Assembly (NCBI GenBank): GCA_046347985.1
Contig: JAXMFE010000012.1
Location: 35,558 to 99,557, forward strand
Direction: 5' to 3'
DNA length: 64,000 nucleotides
Origin: Burkholderiales bacterium
Lineage (GTDB): Bacteria; Pseudomonadota; Gammaproteobacteria; Burkholderiales; Ga0077523
Shown here: positions 1-10,147 of the stretch, piece by piece
Layout of the letters: each line of letters begins with the position of its first letter
Numbering within the stretch: the stretch's first letter is position 1
Translations under genes and position numbers: made by a program
The notes under the pieces: generated by a model
Databases searched by the model: none
Told to the model about the DNA's origin: nothing
Seen by the model: only the letters and a program-made list of their open reading frames with translations

Positions 1-978
1 GAGGGCATCACCGGCGAGAGCCTGAGCCTCGGCGGCGGCCTGGGCATGGCGCACTACCTGTCGAACACGATCAAGCCCCTGCTCATCGGGCGCGATCCGG
101 CCGACCGCGAACTGATCTGGCAGGACATGTGGGAGTTGAATCGGCTCTGGTTCACGCCGCTGTTTGCCATCGGCATCATGGACGTGGCGGTCTGGGACCT
201 GTACGGCAAGAGCGTCGGCCGCCCGCTGCACGAGATCCTCGGCACCTATCGGAAGAAGCTGCCGACCTACGCGAGCTCGATGACGAAGCCGACCATCCAG
301 GCCTTCGTCGACGAGGCGCTCAAGTACAAATCGATGGGCTATCACGGCTACAAGCTGCACGTGGTGGGGCGCCCGGACGAGGACATCCGGGCCTGCACGG
401 CCGTGCGCAAGGCAGTCGGCGACGACTGGGCGCTGATGATCGACGTGGTGTCGGCCTACAACCAGACCGAGGCGTTGCGCGTCGGGCGAGCAATCGAGGA
501 ACTCGGATTCGAGTGGTACGAGGAGCCACTGCGGGATTACGACATCCACGGCTACAGGATGCTGGCCGACAAGCTCGACATCCCGATCCTCGCGGTGGAG
601 GTGAACGAAGGCTCCGTGTACACCATGACCGAGTACATCACCCAGCGGGCGGTCGACATCCTGCGGGCCGACGTGGCCTTCAAGGGCGGGGTCGGGCAGG
701 TGAAGAAGGCCGCGGCGCTGGCGGAAGCCTTCGGCCTGAACCTCGAGGTGCACAACAACGCCAACCCGATGCTCGAAGCGGCGAACATCGCCGTCGCCAT
801 GTCGATCCGCAACACCAAGTACTACGAGCAGCTCGTTCCCGAAACGCTGTTCCAGTTCGGCGTGAAGCGGGGGATCCACGTGGATGAAGAAGGCTACGTG
901 CACGTGCCCGACGGCCCGGGCCTCGGGGTGGAACTGGACTGGGAGTTCGTCGAACGGTACAAGCTGGCCGAGCTGTGA
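1..978 (+). CDS. Enolase-superfamily enzyme (mandelate racemase/muconate lactonizing enzyme family), 5' end cut by window edge
   Basis: Frame 1 is open from nt 1 (EGITGESLSLGGGLG precedes the listed Met at 46). Barrel-domain motifs are typical of MR/MLE proteins: YKLHV, ALMIDVVSAYN, FEWYEEP, ILAVEVNEG, LRADVAFKGG, LEVHN. GC3 is high. Confidence 0.85.
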   Translation, partial: EGITGESLSLGGGLGMAHYLSNTIKPLLIGRDPADRELIWQDMWELNRLWFTPLFAIGIMDVAVWDLYGKSVGRPLHEILGTYRKKLPTYASSMTKPTIQAFVDEALKYKSMGYHGYKLHVVGRPDEDIRACTAVRKAVGDDWALMIDVVSAYNQTEALRVGRAIEELGFEWYEEPLRDYDIHGYRMLADKLDIPILAVEVNEGSVYTMTEYITQRAVDILRADVAFKGGVGQVKKAAALAEAFGLNLEVHNNANPMLEAANIAVAMSIRNTKYYEQLVPETLFQFGVKRGIHVDEEGYVHVPDGPGLGVELDWEFVERYKLAEL

Positions 979-1038
979 GTCCGGTCTGCCGGGCAGCGGC
1001 ATCGAGAACGGGCGTCACGCAATCACAGGAGAGGATCG

Positions 1039-2283
1039 ATGGTCTCACGCACCCATGAGAGTCTGCCCGCGATGGGCGTCACCCGACGCACCGTGCTCGC
1101 TTCCGCGCTGGGGGCCATCGCCGCCGCAGGGACCGGGCTCGGCATGCGCCAGGCCCACGCCGCCGACGTGGTGAAGATCGGGTGGTTGAAGCCGCTCACC
1201 GGTCCCCTCGCCAGCAGTTTCGGGCCGCTGTATCTGGCCGGCCAGATGGCCATCGACGAGATCAACGCGGCGGGCGGCATCCTCGGTCGCAAGCTCGTCA
1301 AGGTGGAGGTGGACGACCAGGGGTCGCCGGCGCAGGCCCCCATCGCGACCCGCCGCCTGATCGAGGAAGGCGTGAAGTTCATCGTCGGTCCCGTCGGCAG
1401 TTCGCAGGCGCTGGCGTCGCTCGAATCGTCGACGCCGCAGAAGATCATCCAGGCCGCCTATGCGTCGGCCACGGAAATGGGCGACGGCAAGCGCTTCCCC
1501 TACCACTACCAGTTCAATTTCACGTCCGACGCCCAGGTGAAGCGGCACGCCGAGCTGCTGGCCAGGCGTGGCGTGAAGAAGGTGGGCATCCTGATCGAGG
1601 ATTCCGCAGCGGGGGCATCCAGCCGCGATGCCATGCTCCGTGAAATCCCGGCACTGGGCCTCAAGGTGGTGTCGGAACAGACCTTTCCGATCAAGGTGCC
1701 GGACATCACGCCGTTCCTGCGCAAGCTGCGCAGCGACGGCGCCGAGGCCATCGATACGCACGTGTCCAACAACGTCGACGTGACGCAATTGCTGGTGGGC
1801 CTGTCCCGCATCGGCTGGAAGCCGTTGATGGTCGGGCACACGGGCCTGTTGTTCGCGGGCACCCCGGGGGCGATCCCCGACAGTGCGCGCTACAACGACA
1901 TCTACGCGGCCACCTTCAAGGCGCTCACGTACACCGACAGGGAGCAGCCGCCGGAGCGCGTGAAGGCGTTCTGCCGGAAGCTGCTCACGAACAACGTGCC
2001 CGACTCGCTGCTCGGTCCGGCGGCCACGACACCGTTCTACGACTTCCTGATGGCGCTCAAGTACGCCGTGGAGACGGCCAAGTCCTGGGAACCCGACGCG
2101 ATCAAGAAGACGCTGGATGGCACCACCGCCATCGACGGCCTGTTCGGGCGGATGAGCTTCACGGCGGCCCGTCACACCGCGTACGACCACGAAGTGGTCG
2201 CCATGGCGGCCTCGAACTCCATGGAAGAACCGCTGAGCAAGGAATTTCGCGGACTGCTGCGCCGGCGCGCGTCCGGCGTCTGA
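1039..2283 (+). CDS. ABC transporter periplasmic substrate-binding protein (Leu/Ile/Val-binding, type-1 PBP family); substrate unknown
   Basis: 414 aa. AGGAGAGG lies 4-5 nt upstream of ATG 1039. N-terminal Tat-like signal (TRRTVLASALGAIAAAGTGLGMRQAHA). LivK-like core (KIGWLKPLTGPLAS, AIDEINAAGGILGRKL). Confidence 0.9.
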   Translation: MVSRTHESLPAMGVTRRTVLASALGAIAAAGTGLGMRQAHAADVVKIGWLKPLTGPLASSFGPLYLAGQMAIDEINAAGGILGRKLVKVEVDDQGSPAQAPIATRRLIEEGVKFIVGPVGSSQALASLESSTPQKIIQAAYASATEMGDGKRFPYHYQFNFTSDAQVKRHAELLARRGVKKVGILIEDSAAGASSRDAMLREIPALGLKVVSEQTFPIKVPDITPFLRKLRSDGAEAIDTHVSNNVDVTQLLVGLSRIGWKPLMVGHTGLLFAGTPGAIPDSARYNDIYAATFKALTYTDREQPPERVKAFCRKLLTNNVPDSLLGPAATTPFYDFLMALKYAVETAKSWEPDAIKKTLDGTTAIDGLFGRMSFTAARHTAYDHEVVAMAASNSMEEPLSKEFRGLLRRRASGV

Positions 2284-2450
2284 GCGATGAGGCTCGGCGA
2301 ATCGCACCGCCCGCGGCCCCGTCCGGGCTTAGCGGGCGGGAGCCTTGCGGCAGGCGGGCGCCACTGAGATGAAACGATCCCTCACGCTCCCTTCGGTCGC
2401 TGCCCCCTCGGGGGGCGGTCAGTGGCTTCGGGCGGCCGGGCGCCACTGAC

Positions 2451-3344
2451 ATGGGGCTGGAGGATCTGCTTGCCCTGCTGACGACGGGCATCACCATGGG
2501 GGCCATCTACGCGATGGTCGCCGTGAGCTTCAACATCGCCTACAAGCCGACCAATGTGTTCAACATGGCGCAGGGCGAACTGGTGATGATGGGTGCCATG
2601 CTCGCGTGGACGCTGATGACGGTCCACGGACTGCCCTGGATCGTGGGGCTCGCCGGGGTGATGGCGGCGGTGGCTGCGGTCGGGCTGCTCGAAGAGCGCG
2701 TGGCCGTGGCGGTGCTGCTGAAACGTCCGTCCCATCATCACGGCTGGATCATCAGCACGCTGGCGTTCTCCATCATCGTCATCAACGTGGGTGACCGCCT
2801 CTGGGGAACCGATCCCCAGGTGGTGCCGCCCATTCCGGGAACCTCGCTCGACACCGTGCAGTGGGGGGCGCTGACCTTCTCGACCCAGCAGGTCGGCGTG
2901 ATCGTCATGGCGATCCTCAGCATTGCCGTCGTCGAGGCCGTCTACCGGTACACCCTGCCCGGGAAGGCGGTGCTCGCGGTTGCCGAGGACCGCGATGCGG
3001 CCCGCCTGCATGGCATCAGTCCGTCGCGCCTCACGATGACGTCCTTTGCGCTGGCCGCCGCCTATGCCGCGTTGACGGGGGTCGTGACGGCGCCGCTGGT
3101 CCTGGCGAGCACGTCGATCGGACTGGGGCTGCTGGTGAAGGGATTCATGGCGCTCGCCATCGGCGGCGTCGGCAGCAACTGGGGAGCGCTGATCGCCGGG
3201 GTGGTGCTGGGCTGCGTCGAGAGTCTCAGTTCGGTCTCGCTCACCCCCGGCTACCGACAATTGCTGTTGCTGGGGGTGGTGCTCGTGCTCCTGCTCGTCC
3301 GACCTTTCGGGCTGTTCGGCCGCCGGTCGGTGCGCGAGGTCTGA
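2451..3344 (+). CDS. Branched-chain-amino-acid-type ABC transporter permease (LivH-like)
   Basis: 297 aa polytopic membrane protein with a LivH-like N-terminus (GITMGAIYAMVAVSFNIAY). Sits between the binding protein and the LivM/G genes. Confidence 0.9.
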   Translation: MGLEDLLALLTTGITMGAIYAMVAVSFNIAYKPTNVFNMAQGELVMMGAMLAWTLMTVHGLPWIVGLAGVMAAVAAVGLLEERVAVAVLLKRPSHHHGWIISTLAFSIIVINVGDRLWGTDPQVVPPIPGTSLDTVQWGALTFSTQQVGVIVMAILSIAVVEAVYRYTLPGKAVLAVAEDRDAARLHGISPSRLTMTSFALAAAYAALTGVVTAPLVLASTSIGLGLLVKGFMALAIGGVGSNWGALIAGVVLGCVESLSSVSLTPGYRQLLLLGVVLVLLLVRPFGLFGRRSVREV

Positions 3345-3348
3345 GGCC

Positions 3349-5157
3349 ATGCTTTCTCGGACCTCGATCTCGTCCCCACCCGCGGCACGCCTGCGCGAGC
3401 CCCCTGCGCTCGCGGCCGTCGTCGGTTCGGCGCTGGTGCTCGGGGCTGCCGCTGCCGCGCTCTCAAATTCCTACTACCTGCTGCTCATGACCTTCGCCGC
3501 CGTGCACGTGCTGGCGGGAATGGGCCTGAACCTGCTGGCGGGGTACGCGGGCATCGTGTCGATTGCGCACGGCGCACTGATGGGGCTCGGCGCGTACGCC
3601 ACCGCCATCGCGACCGTCCGATACGGCTGGAATTTCTGGCCGGCGGCAGCGATGTCGACATCGATCGGGCTGGCCGTCAGCGCGTTGCTGGGCCTCCCGG
3701 CGCTGCGGCTGTCCTCGTGGTACTACGTGCTCATCACGATCGCGTTCACCCTGACCGTCACGGCGATGCTGACCGACCTGCGGGAGATCACCGGCGGGTA
3801 CGGCGGCATCGTCGGCGTCGCCAAGCCCGGCCTCGCGGGTATCCCGCTCGACGGATTCGGCTTGCTCGTGCTGGTCGGAGGCTTCGCTGTGCTGCTCGGC
3901 TGGGTGATGCGCAATCTGCTGCACTCGCGGATCGGGTGGGCCCTTCGGTCGATCCGCGAGGGGGATGTCCGGGCGCGGGCAAACGGCGTGTCGACCGCCC
4001 GCCTGCGGCTGTTCGCGTTCTCGTTCTCGGGCGCGGTCGCCGGACTGGCGGGCGCGCTCTATGCCGCGGTGAAGGGGGTCGTGACGCCCGAGGACTTCAG
4101 CTTCGACTTCTCGATCTTCTTCCTGTTCGTCGTGGTGCTCGGCGGACCTGCGCGTCTCTCCGGGCCGCTGCTGGGCGTGGCGGCGTTCTACGTGCTGCCC
4201 GAGATGCTGGGCAGCCTGAAGGAGTACCGCATGATCGTCTACGGCGTGGGACTGCTCGTCTTTTCCGTGCTGCTTCCGGACGGGCTGGCCGGCGCGATGG
4301 CGGCCTGCGACGATCGCCGGCGCGAGCGGCGACGGGCGGCGGCGCCCGCCATCCCGCCGGCTGCCGTGCCGACCTCCGTCGAGGCACCGGTCACCGGCAT
4401 GGCCCTGGAAGTGCGCGGTCTCTCGAAGCACTTCGGCGGGGTGCGCGCCCTCGATGGCGTGGCGCTGGACGTGGCCCCGGGAAGCCTCCGCGCCATCGTC
4501 GGCCCCAACGGCTCGGGCAAGACGACGCTCCTCAACATGATCTCCGGCTTCTACCCGGCGACGGCCGGCGCGATCCGCCTGGATCATCACGAGACCACGG
4601 AGCGGGGGCCGACCGCCATTGCCCGGCTCGGCGTGCAGCGAACCTTCCAGACGCCGAAGCTGCTGGGCGAACTGAGCATCCTCGAGAACGTCCGTTTCGG
4701 CGGGTACGCACGGGAGCAATCCAGCGGGCTCGACATCGCGCTGCGGCTGCCGGCCGCACGTGCCGAGGCCGAGGCGCTGGATGCCGAGGCCCGCCGATGG
4801 CTCGCGGTGGTGGGGCTCGGCGCCCGGGCTCACGAGCGTGCGGCGCTGCTTCCGCACGGGCAGCAGCGACTCGTCGAGATTGCCCGCGCGCTGATCGGGC
4901 GTCCCCGTCTGCTCCTGCTCGACGAGCCTGCCGCGGGATTGTCGATGGGTGAACTCGACGAACTGGGAGAACTGCTGCTCGTCATCCGCCGGATGGGCAT
5001 CACGCTCGTGATGGTGGAGCACCACATCGAACTCGTGGCCAACATCGCCGATCGGGTGACGGTGCTCGATCAGGGGCGAATCCTCGCCGACGGCACGCCC
5101 CAGGAAGTCTTCAGCAGCGCGGCGGTGATGCAAGCCTACACAGGGGCGCCTCGGTGA
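3349..5157 (+). CDS. Fused ABC permease (LivM-like) and ATP-binding (LivG-like) protein
   Basis: 602 aa. Residues ~1-320 are a hydrophobic LivM-type permease. Residues ~345-600 carry Walker A GPNGSGKTT, signature and Walker B LLLLDEPAAGL. The two parts are joined by an Arg/Ala/Pro linker. Confidence 0.9.
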   Translation: MLSRTSISSPPAARLREPPALAAVVGSALVLGAAAAALSNSYYLLLMTFAAVHVLAGMGLNLLAGYAGIVSIAHGALMGLGAYATAIATVRYGWNFWPAAAMSTSIGLAVSALLGLPALRLSSWYYVLITIAFTLTVTAMLTDLREITGGYGGIVGVAKPGLAGIPLDGFGLLVLVGGFAVLLGWVMRNLLHSRIGWALRSIREGDVRARANGVSTARLRLFAFSFSGAVAGLAGALYAAVKGVVTPEDFSFDFSIFFLFVVVLGGPARLSGPLLGVAAFYVLPEMLGSLKEYRMIVYGVGLLVFSVLLPDGLAGAMAACDDRRRERRRAAAPAIPPAAVPTSVEAPVTGMALEVRGLSKHFGGVRALDGVALDVAPGSLRAIVGPNGSGKTTLLNMISGFYPATAGAIRLDHHETTERGPTAIARLGVQRTFQTPKLLGELSILENVRFGGYAREQSSGLDIALRLPAARAEAEALDAEARRWLAVVGLGARAHERAALLPHGQQRLVEIARALIGRPRLLLLDEPAAGLSMGELDELGELLLVIRRMGITLVMVEHHIELVANIADRVTVLDQGRILADGTPQEVFSSAAVMQAYTGAPR

Positions 5158-5927
5158 GCGCGCCGGGTCCGGACGCTCTCCGACCCGAACCTCTCCTGCG
5201 GGCGGAAGCGTTGTCGGTGGGTTACGGCATCGTTCCGGTCGTGCAGCGGGCGACGCTGCAAGTCGGGCGCGGAGAGGCGGTGGCCCTGCTCGGGGCGAAC
5301 GGCGCGGGCAAGTCGACCTTGCTCAAGTGCCTGTCCGGCCTGCTGGCGGCGACCGACGGCCGCATCGAGTTCGCCGGCCGGGAACTGACCCGCGTGCCGG
5401 CCGAGGCCCGGGTTCCGATGGGTCTGGCCCACGTGGCTGAAGGGCGGCGGATCTTCCGGCGCGAGACGGTGCTGGACAACCTGCTGCTCGGCATGTACCG
5501 GCTGCGGCAGTCGCGCGGGGAGGCCCGGGCCCGCATCGACGAGGCCCTGGAACTCTTTCCGGTGCTGCGCCAGAAGGCCGCGATGGCGGCCGGGTCGCTG
5601 AGCGGCGGCCAGCAGCAGATGCTCGCCATCGCCCAGGTGCTGGTGCGGCGGCCGACGCTCGTGATGCTCGACGAACCCTCGCTCGGTCTGGCGCCGAACC
5701 TCGTCGACGAGGTGCTCCGGACGCTGTCGACGGTGCGCGCCCGCGGCGTGGCGGTGCTGCTCGTCGAGCAGGTCGTGGAGAAGGCGCTCGCGTTCGTCGA
5801 TCACGCGTACCTGCTGCAGAGCGGTCGCGTCGCGGCGCAAGGGACACCGGCCGAACTGGCGGCGAGTGACGTCGTGCGGCGCGCCTATCTCGGCGAGGCG
5901 TCGGCGTCGGGCGCGGCGCCCGCATGA
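5154..5927 (+). CDS. ABC transporter ATP-binding protein (LivF-like)
   Basis: 257 aa. Walker A GANGAGKST, signature LSGGQQQML, Walker B LVMLDEPSLGL. The GTG start overlaps the upstream stop (GTGA). Confidence 0.92.
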   Translation: MSAPGPDALRPEPLLRAEALSVGYGIVPVVQRATLQVGRGEAVALLGANGAGKSTLLKCLSGLLAATDGRIEFAGRELTRVPAEARVPMGLAHVAEGRRIFRRETVLDNLLLGMYRLRQSRGEARARIDEALELFPVLRQKAAMAAGSLSGGQQQMLAIAQVLVRRPTLVMLDEPSLGLAPNLVDEVLRTLSTVRARGVAVLLVEQVVEKALAFVDHAYLLQSGRVAAQGTPAELAASDVVRRAYLGEASASGAAPA

Positions 5928-6030
5928 CCCGTGGTCCGACCGCTCTGCGCGAGGCGAGGGCGCCCGGCCGCGGGCGTGCGACCGTTTCATCATCGCAATC
6001 CGCGGCGATGGTTCAACCTGGAGACGCTTC

Positions 6031-7116
6031 ATGAAGATCACCGGCATCACGGCACACATCCTCAAACCGCTGGAGTACCAGTTCCGCTGGAAGGAGGAAT
6101 GGCCTCCGCGGACGATGGATCACGTGCTGCTGCGCATCGCCACCGACGAAGGGCACGAGGGCTTGTGCATCACCTGGCTGATGACGCCGGGAGAGATCGA
6201 ATCGGCGATGCCCGGCCTGCGCAGCCTGCTCGTGGGCCAGGATCCGCACATGATCGAGGCGATCTCCTACAAGCTCACGGACAAGCTCAAGCACCCGAAT
6301 GCGGTCTCGAGCACGGTCGACATCTGTCTCTGGGACCTGCTGGGCAAGCATCACGGCGAGCCGATCTACCGGCTGCTCGGTGCCGCCCGCGACCGGATCA
6401 AGGCCTACGCCAGCACGGTGATGTACGACACGGTGCCGGAGTATGTGCAGATCGCCCAGCAGTGCTATGACCAGGGCTTTCGCGCGTTCAAGCTCCACGC
6501 CTTCGGGGTACCGGACAAGGACATCGAGGTCTGCCGGGCCGTGCACGAGGTGTTCGGCGGCCGGATGGACCTGATGCTCGATCCGGTGAACGCGTACGAC
6601 CGGCTCGGGGCGTTCAAGGTGGGCAAGGTGGTCGAGGACCTGGGCTTCTACTGGTACGAAGCGCCCATCGCGGATTCCGACCTGATCGGGCTGGCGGACC
6701 TCACCCGCAGTTTCCGCATCCCGATCACGGCGACCGAGAGCGTCACCGAAGGTCTGCGGGGCTACCCGAAATACCTGATGAACAATGTCGTGGACAGCGT
6801 GCGGTCCGTGGGAGACTGGATCGGCGGGATCACGGCCATGCGCAAGTCGGCCGCCCTGTGCGAGGCGTTCAACGCGAAGTACGAACCTCACAGCTACGGA
6901 ACGACGCACGTCCAGGCCGCGCACCTGCACATCATGCTGGCGATCCACAACTGCGACCTGTTCGAGATTCCGGTGCCCCAGGGCATCCTGGATATCGGCA
7001 TGAAGGACGTGATCCGGGTCGGGGCCGATGGCTGGGTCGACGCGCCGACCCGGCCCGGTCTGGGCTACGACGTCGATTGGGACGCCATCGACAAGCTCAC
7101 GCTGAAGGTCGTCTGA
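6031..7116 (+). CDS. Enolase-superfamily enzyme (MR/MLE family), second copy
   Basis: Start re-picked to ATG 6031 (MKITGITAHILK), residue 56 of the listed ORF. Motifs FKLHAFG, MLDPVNAY, FYWYEAP, ITATES, EPHSYG. Confidence 0.88.
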   Translation: MKITGITAHILKPLEYQFRWKEEWPPRTMDHVLLRIATDEGHEGLCITWLMTPGEIESAMPGLRSLLVGQDPHMIEAISYKLTDKLKHPNAVSSTVDICLWDLLGKHHGEPIYRLLGAARDRIKAYASTVMYDTVPEYVQIAQQCYDQGFRAFKLHAFGVPDKDIEVCRAVHEVFGGRMDLMLDPVNAYDRLGAFKVGKVVEDLGFYWYEAPIADSDLIGLADLTRSFRIPITATESVTEGLRGYPKYLMNNVVDSVRSVGDWIGGITAMRKSAALCEAFNAKYEPHSYGTTHVQAAHLHIMLAIHNCDLFEIPVPQGILDIGMKDVIRVGADGWVDAPTRPGLGYDVDWDAIDKLTLKVV

Positions 7117-7357
7117 GCGGGCGGGCGGGGCGAGGTGCTCGTCTCGGCGGGATGTCCCGTGATATCCTCCGCCGGCTAAAGGGTGCGGGAATGGCGTCGT
7201 CGTCTCGGCGATGGACGCGTCGCTCGCGCCGCGCAGGAGTCAGAAGACGGGGTCACCCCTCCGATTTCTGGCTCCTGTTGTTTTGGGGCCCGCACGAGCG
7301 TGGAAGCCAGCGCGCCGGCGAGCCGGTGACACCGACCCGACACGAATTCGACCACTC

Positions 7358-9265
7358 ATGCCGATTGTCCGACTCCCCGATGGGGCTACCCGCCAGTTCG
7401 ATGCGCCGGTGACCGTGGCCGACGTGGCGGGCGCCATCGGTCCGGGACTGGCGAAGGCTGCGCTGGCTGGCCGGGTCGGCGGGCGACTGGTCGACGTGTC
7501 GCATCTGATCACCGAGGACATCGACGTCGCGATCATCACGGCCAAGGATCCCGACGGTCTCGAGATCCTGCGCCACTCGACGGCGCATCTGCTGGCGTAC
7601 GCGGTGAAGGAGTTGTTTCCCGACGCGCAGGTGACGATCGGTCCGGTGATCGAGAACGGCTTCTACTACGATTTCTCCTACAAGCGGCCGTTCACGCCGG
7701 ACGACCTCGTCGCCATCGAGAAGCGCATGGCCGAACTCGCGAACAAGGATTTCCCCGTGATCCGCGAAGTCTGGGCGCGCGACAAGGCGGTGGAATTCTT
7801 CAAGTCGATCGGGGAGAAGTACAAGGCCGAGATCATCGCGTCGATCCCGTCGGCCGAGGATGTGTCGCTGTACCGCGAAGGGGATTTCATCGATCTCTGC
7901 CGCGGTCCGCACGTTCCCTCGACCGGTCGGCTCAAGGTCTTCAAGCTGATGAAGGTGGCCGGCGCCTACTGGCGAGGCGACTCGAACAACGAGATGCTCC
8001 AGCGCATCTACGGCACCGCGTGGGCCTCGAAGGCCGACCAGGACGCGTACCTTCACATGCTGGAGGAAGCCGAGAAGCGCGACCACCGGAAGCTCGGTCG
8101 GCAACTGGACCTGTTCCACGTGCAGGACGAGGCGCCGGGAATGGTGTTCTGGCACCCGAACGGGTGGACCATCTGGCAGCAGGTGGAGCAGTACGTGCGG
8201 CGGACGCTCTCGAAGCACGGATACCAGGAGGTCCGGACCCCGCTGGTCATGGACCGTGTCCTGTGGGAGAAGTCGGGCCACTGGGAGAACTACCGGGAGC
8301 ACATGTTCACCACGGCATCCGAGAACCGCGACTACGCGGTGAAGCCGATGAACTGCCCCGGGCACGTCCAGATCTTCAACCAGGGACTGAAGAGCTACCG
8401 GGATCTGCCGCTGCGCCTCGCCGAGTTCGGGGCCTGTCACCGCAATGAACCCTCGGGCGCTTTGCACGGCATCATGCGCGTGCGGGCGTTCACCCAGGAC
8501 GACGCGCACATCTTCTGCCGCGAGGACCAGGTCCAATCGGAGGCGGCGGACTTCATCGATCTGCTCCGGCGGATCTACGCGGATTTCGGGTTCGAGGAGA
8601 TCCTGATCAAGCTCTCGACCCGCCCGCCCAAGCGGATCGGTGCCGACGAGGTCTGGGACCGGGCCGAGGCGGCGCTCAAGTCCGCACTCGACGCCAAGGG
8701 CCTCGAGTGGTCGCTGAATCCCGGGGAAGGGGCCTTCTACGGGCCGAAGATCGAGTTTTCGCTGAAGGACTCCATCGGTCGTGTCTGGCAGTGCGGAACC
8801 CTGCAACTCGACTTCGCGCTGCCGGGGCGCCTGGGCGCCGAGTACGTGGACGAAGACAACGCCCGCAAGGTGCCCGTGATGCTGCATCGGGCCATCCTCG
8901 GCTCGATGGAGCGGTTCATCGGCATCCTGATCGAAAACTTCGCCGGCGCGCTGCCGTTATGGCTGTCGCCGGTGCAGATCGTGGTCATGAACATCTCCGA
9001 AGCCCAGACCGCCTACGTGCAGGAAGTCGCCGAGCGGCTGCAAGCCGCTGGTTTCCGCGCCGAGGCGGACTTGAGGAACGAGAAGATAACCTTTAAGATT
9101 CGAGAACATAGCTTGAGGAAGCTGCCGTATCAGCTGGTGGTGGGCGACAAGGAGGTCGCAGCCGGCAAGGTGGCTGTTCGCGTCCGTGGAGGGCAGGACC
9201 TGGGCCAGATGAACCTGGAGGATCTCCTGGTGAAGCTGCGCGCGGAACTGCCTGCGGGCGCCTGA
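7358..9265 (+). CDS. thrS: Threonine--tRNA ligase
   Basis: Start re-picked to ATG 7358 ([17 protein letters not shown] domain). Full-length ThrRS motifs: [14 protein letters not shown], class II core [16 protein letters not shown]-terminal anticodon-binding domain. Confidence 0.97.
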   Translation: MPIVRLPDGATRQFDAPVTVADVAGAIGPGLAKAALAGRVGGRLVDVSHLITEDIDVAIITAKDPDGLEILRHSTAHLLAYAVKELFPDAQVTIGPVIENGFYYDFSYKRPFTPDDLVAIEKRMAELANKDFPVIREVWARDKAVEFFKSIGEKYKAEIIASIPSAEDVSLYREGDFIDLCRGPHVPSTGRLKVFKLMKVAGAYWRGDSNNEMLQRIYGTAWASKADQDAYLHMLEEAEKRDHRKLGRQLDLFHVQDEAPGMVFWHPNGWTIWQQVEQYVRRTLSKHGYQEVRTPLVMDRVLWEKSGHWENYREHMFTTASENRDYAVKPMNCPGHVQIFNQGLKSYRDLPLRLAEFGACHRNEPSGALHGIMRVRAFTQDDAHIFCREDQVQSEAADFIDLLRRIYADFGFEEILIKLSTRPPKRIGADEVWDRAEAALKSALDAKGLEWSLNPGEGAFYGPKIEFSLKDSIGRVWQCGTLQLDFALPGRLGAEYVDEDNARKVPVMLHRAILGSMERFIGILIENFAGALPLWLSPVQIVVMNISEAQTAYVQEVAERLQAAGFRAEADLRNEKITFKIREHSLRKLPYQLVVGDKEVAAGKVAVRVRGGQDLGQMNLEDLLVKLRAELPAGA

Positions 9266-9285
9266 CTTTTTTAGGAGGTCTACCC

Positions 9286-9804
9286 ATCCTTCAAGAACGC
9301 GAACTGCGGATCAACGGCGAGATCAACGCGCCCGAGGTCCGATTGGTGGGTCCGGACGGCGAGCCAGTCGGTGTGGTGAGTCTGTCTGCGGCTACTCAGA
9401 TGGCTGAAGAAGCCGAACTGGATCTGGTGGAGATCGCGCCGACGGCGAAGCCTCCCGTATGTCGCATCATGGACTTCGGGAAGTTCAAGTACAGCGAGGC
9501 CAAGAAGCGCCACGAAGCGAAGCTCAAGCAGAAGCAGATCCAGGTCAAGGAAATCAAGTTTCGTCCGGGGACGGATGAAGGCGACTACCTGATCAAGCTT
9601 CGAAACCTGATTCGCTTCCTAGAGGAAGGGGACAAGACCAAGGTGACGCTGAGATTCCGGGGGCGCGAGATGGCGCACCAGGAGTTCGGCATCAAGTTGC
9701 TGGAGCGGGTCAAACAGGATCTCGAGCCGTACGGGCAGGTGGAGCAGTTTCCCAAGCTCGAAGGGCGGCAGATGATCATGGTGATCGCGCCCAAGAAGAA
9801 GTAG
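9286..9804 (+). CDS. infC: Translation initiation factor IF-3, probable non-AUG (ATC) start
   Basis: The listed ORF starts at TTG 9343 inside the conserved N-domain. The frame stays open upstream through [19 protein letters not shown] at 9273-9278 is 7 nt from ATC 9286. The C-terminal part is canonical IF3 ([22 protein letters not shown]). The gene call is confident; the exact start is about 0.6. Confidence 0.9.
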   Translation: MLQERELRINGEINAPEVRLVGPDGEPVGVVSLSAATQMAEEAELDLVEIAPTAKPPVCRIMDFGKFKYSEAKKRHEAKLKQKQIQVKEIKFRPGTDEGDYLIKLRNLIRFLEEGDKTKVTLRFRGREMAHQEFGIKLLERVKQDLEPYGQVEQFPKLEGRQMIMVIAPKKK

Positions 9805-9937
9805 CGACGCCGGAAGGTGTCGATCGTGATCCGCGCCCCACGGCGGGTGTGCGGGTCTCAACAAGCGTTGTCACGGCCGGGTGGAAGTGTCCGCACGTCG
9901 CGGGCCGCCGGATGACGCAGCCAACATGGAGCCAGTC

Positions 9938-10135
9938 ATGCCGAAGATGAAGACCAAGCGCAGCGCGCACAAGCGCTTTCGCGCACAGGGCAGTGGTGGA
10001 ATCAAGCGGGGCAAGGCCTTCCTGCGCCACATCCTCACCAAGAAGTCGACCAAGCGGAAGCGCCATCTGCGCGGTTCGACCCAGGTGCACGAATCCAACA
10101 CGCGCGGCGTACGCGCGATGATGCCCTACGCGTAA
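9938..10135 (+). CDS. rpmI: 50S ribosomal protein L35
   Basis: Start re-picked to ATG 9938 ([14 protein letters not shown]), giving the canonical 65-aa L35. Confidence 0.95.
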   Translation: MPKMKTKRSAHKRFRAQGSGGIKRGKAFLRHILTKKSTKRKRHLRGSTQVHESNTRGVRAMMPYA

Positions 10136-10147
10136 GGAGACTCGACC

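Noticed and set aside
5866-6030. N-terminal extensions given by the ORF track. Affected genes include the enolase-family gene at 5866, thrS at 7211, surE at 14941, pat at 24302, the MCP at 25210, hom at 28895, the kinase at 34713, phaR at 39075 and the TIR gene at 60808.
   Set aside because: The extensions are Arg/Pro-rich, overlap upstream genes or the tRNA, and precede internal ATGs that coincide with conserved family N-termini and usually have an RBS.
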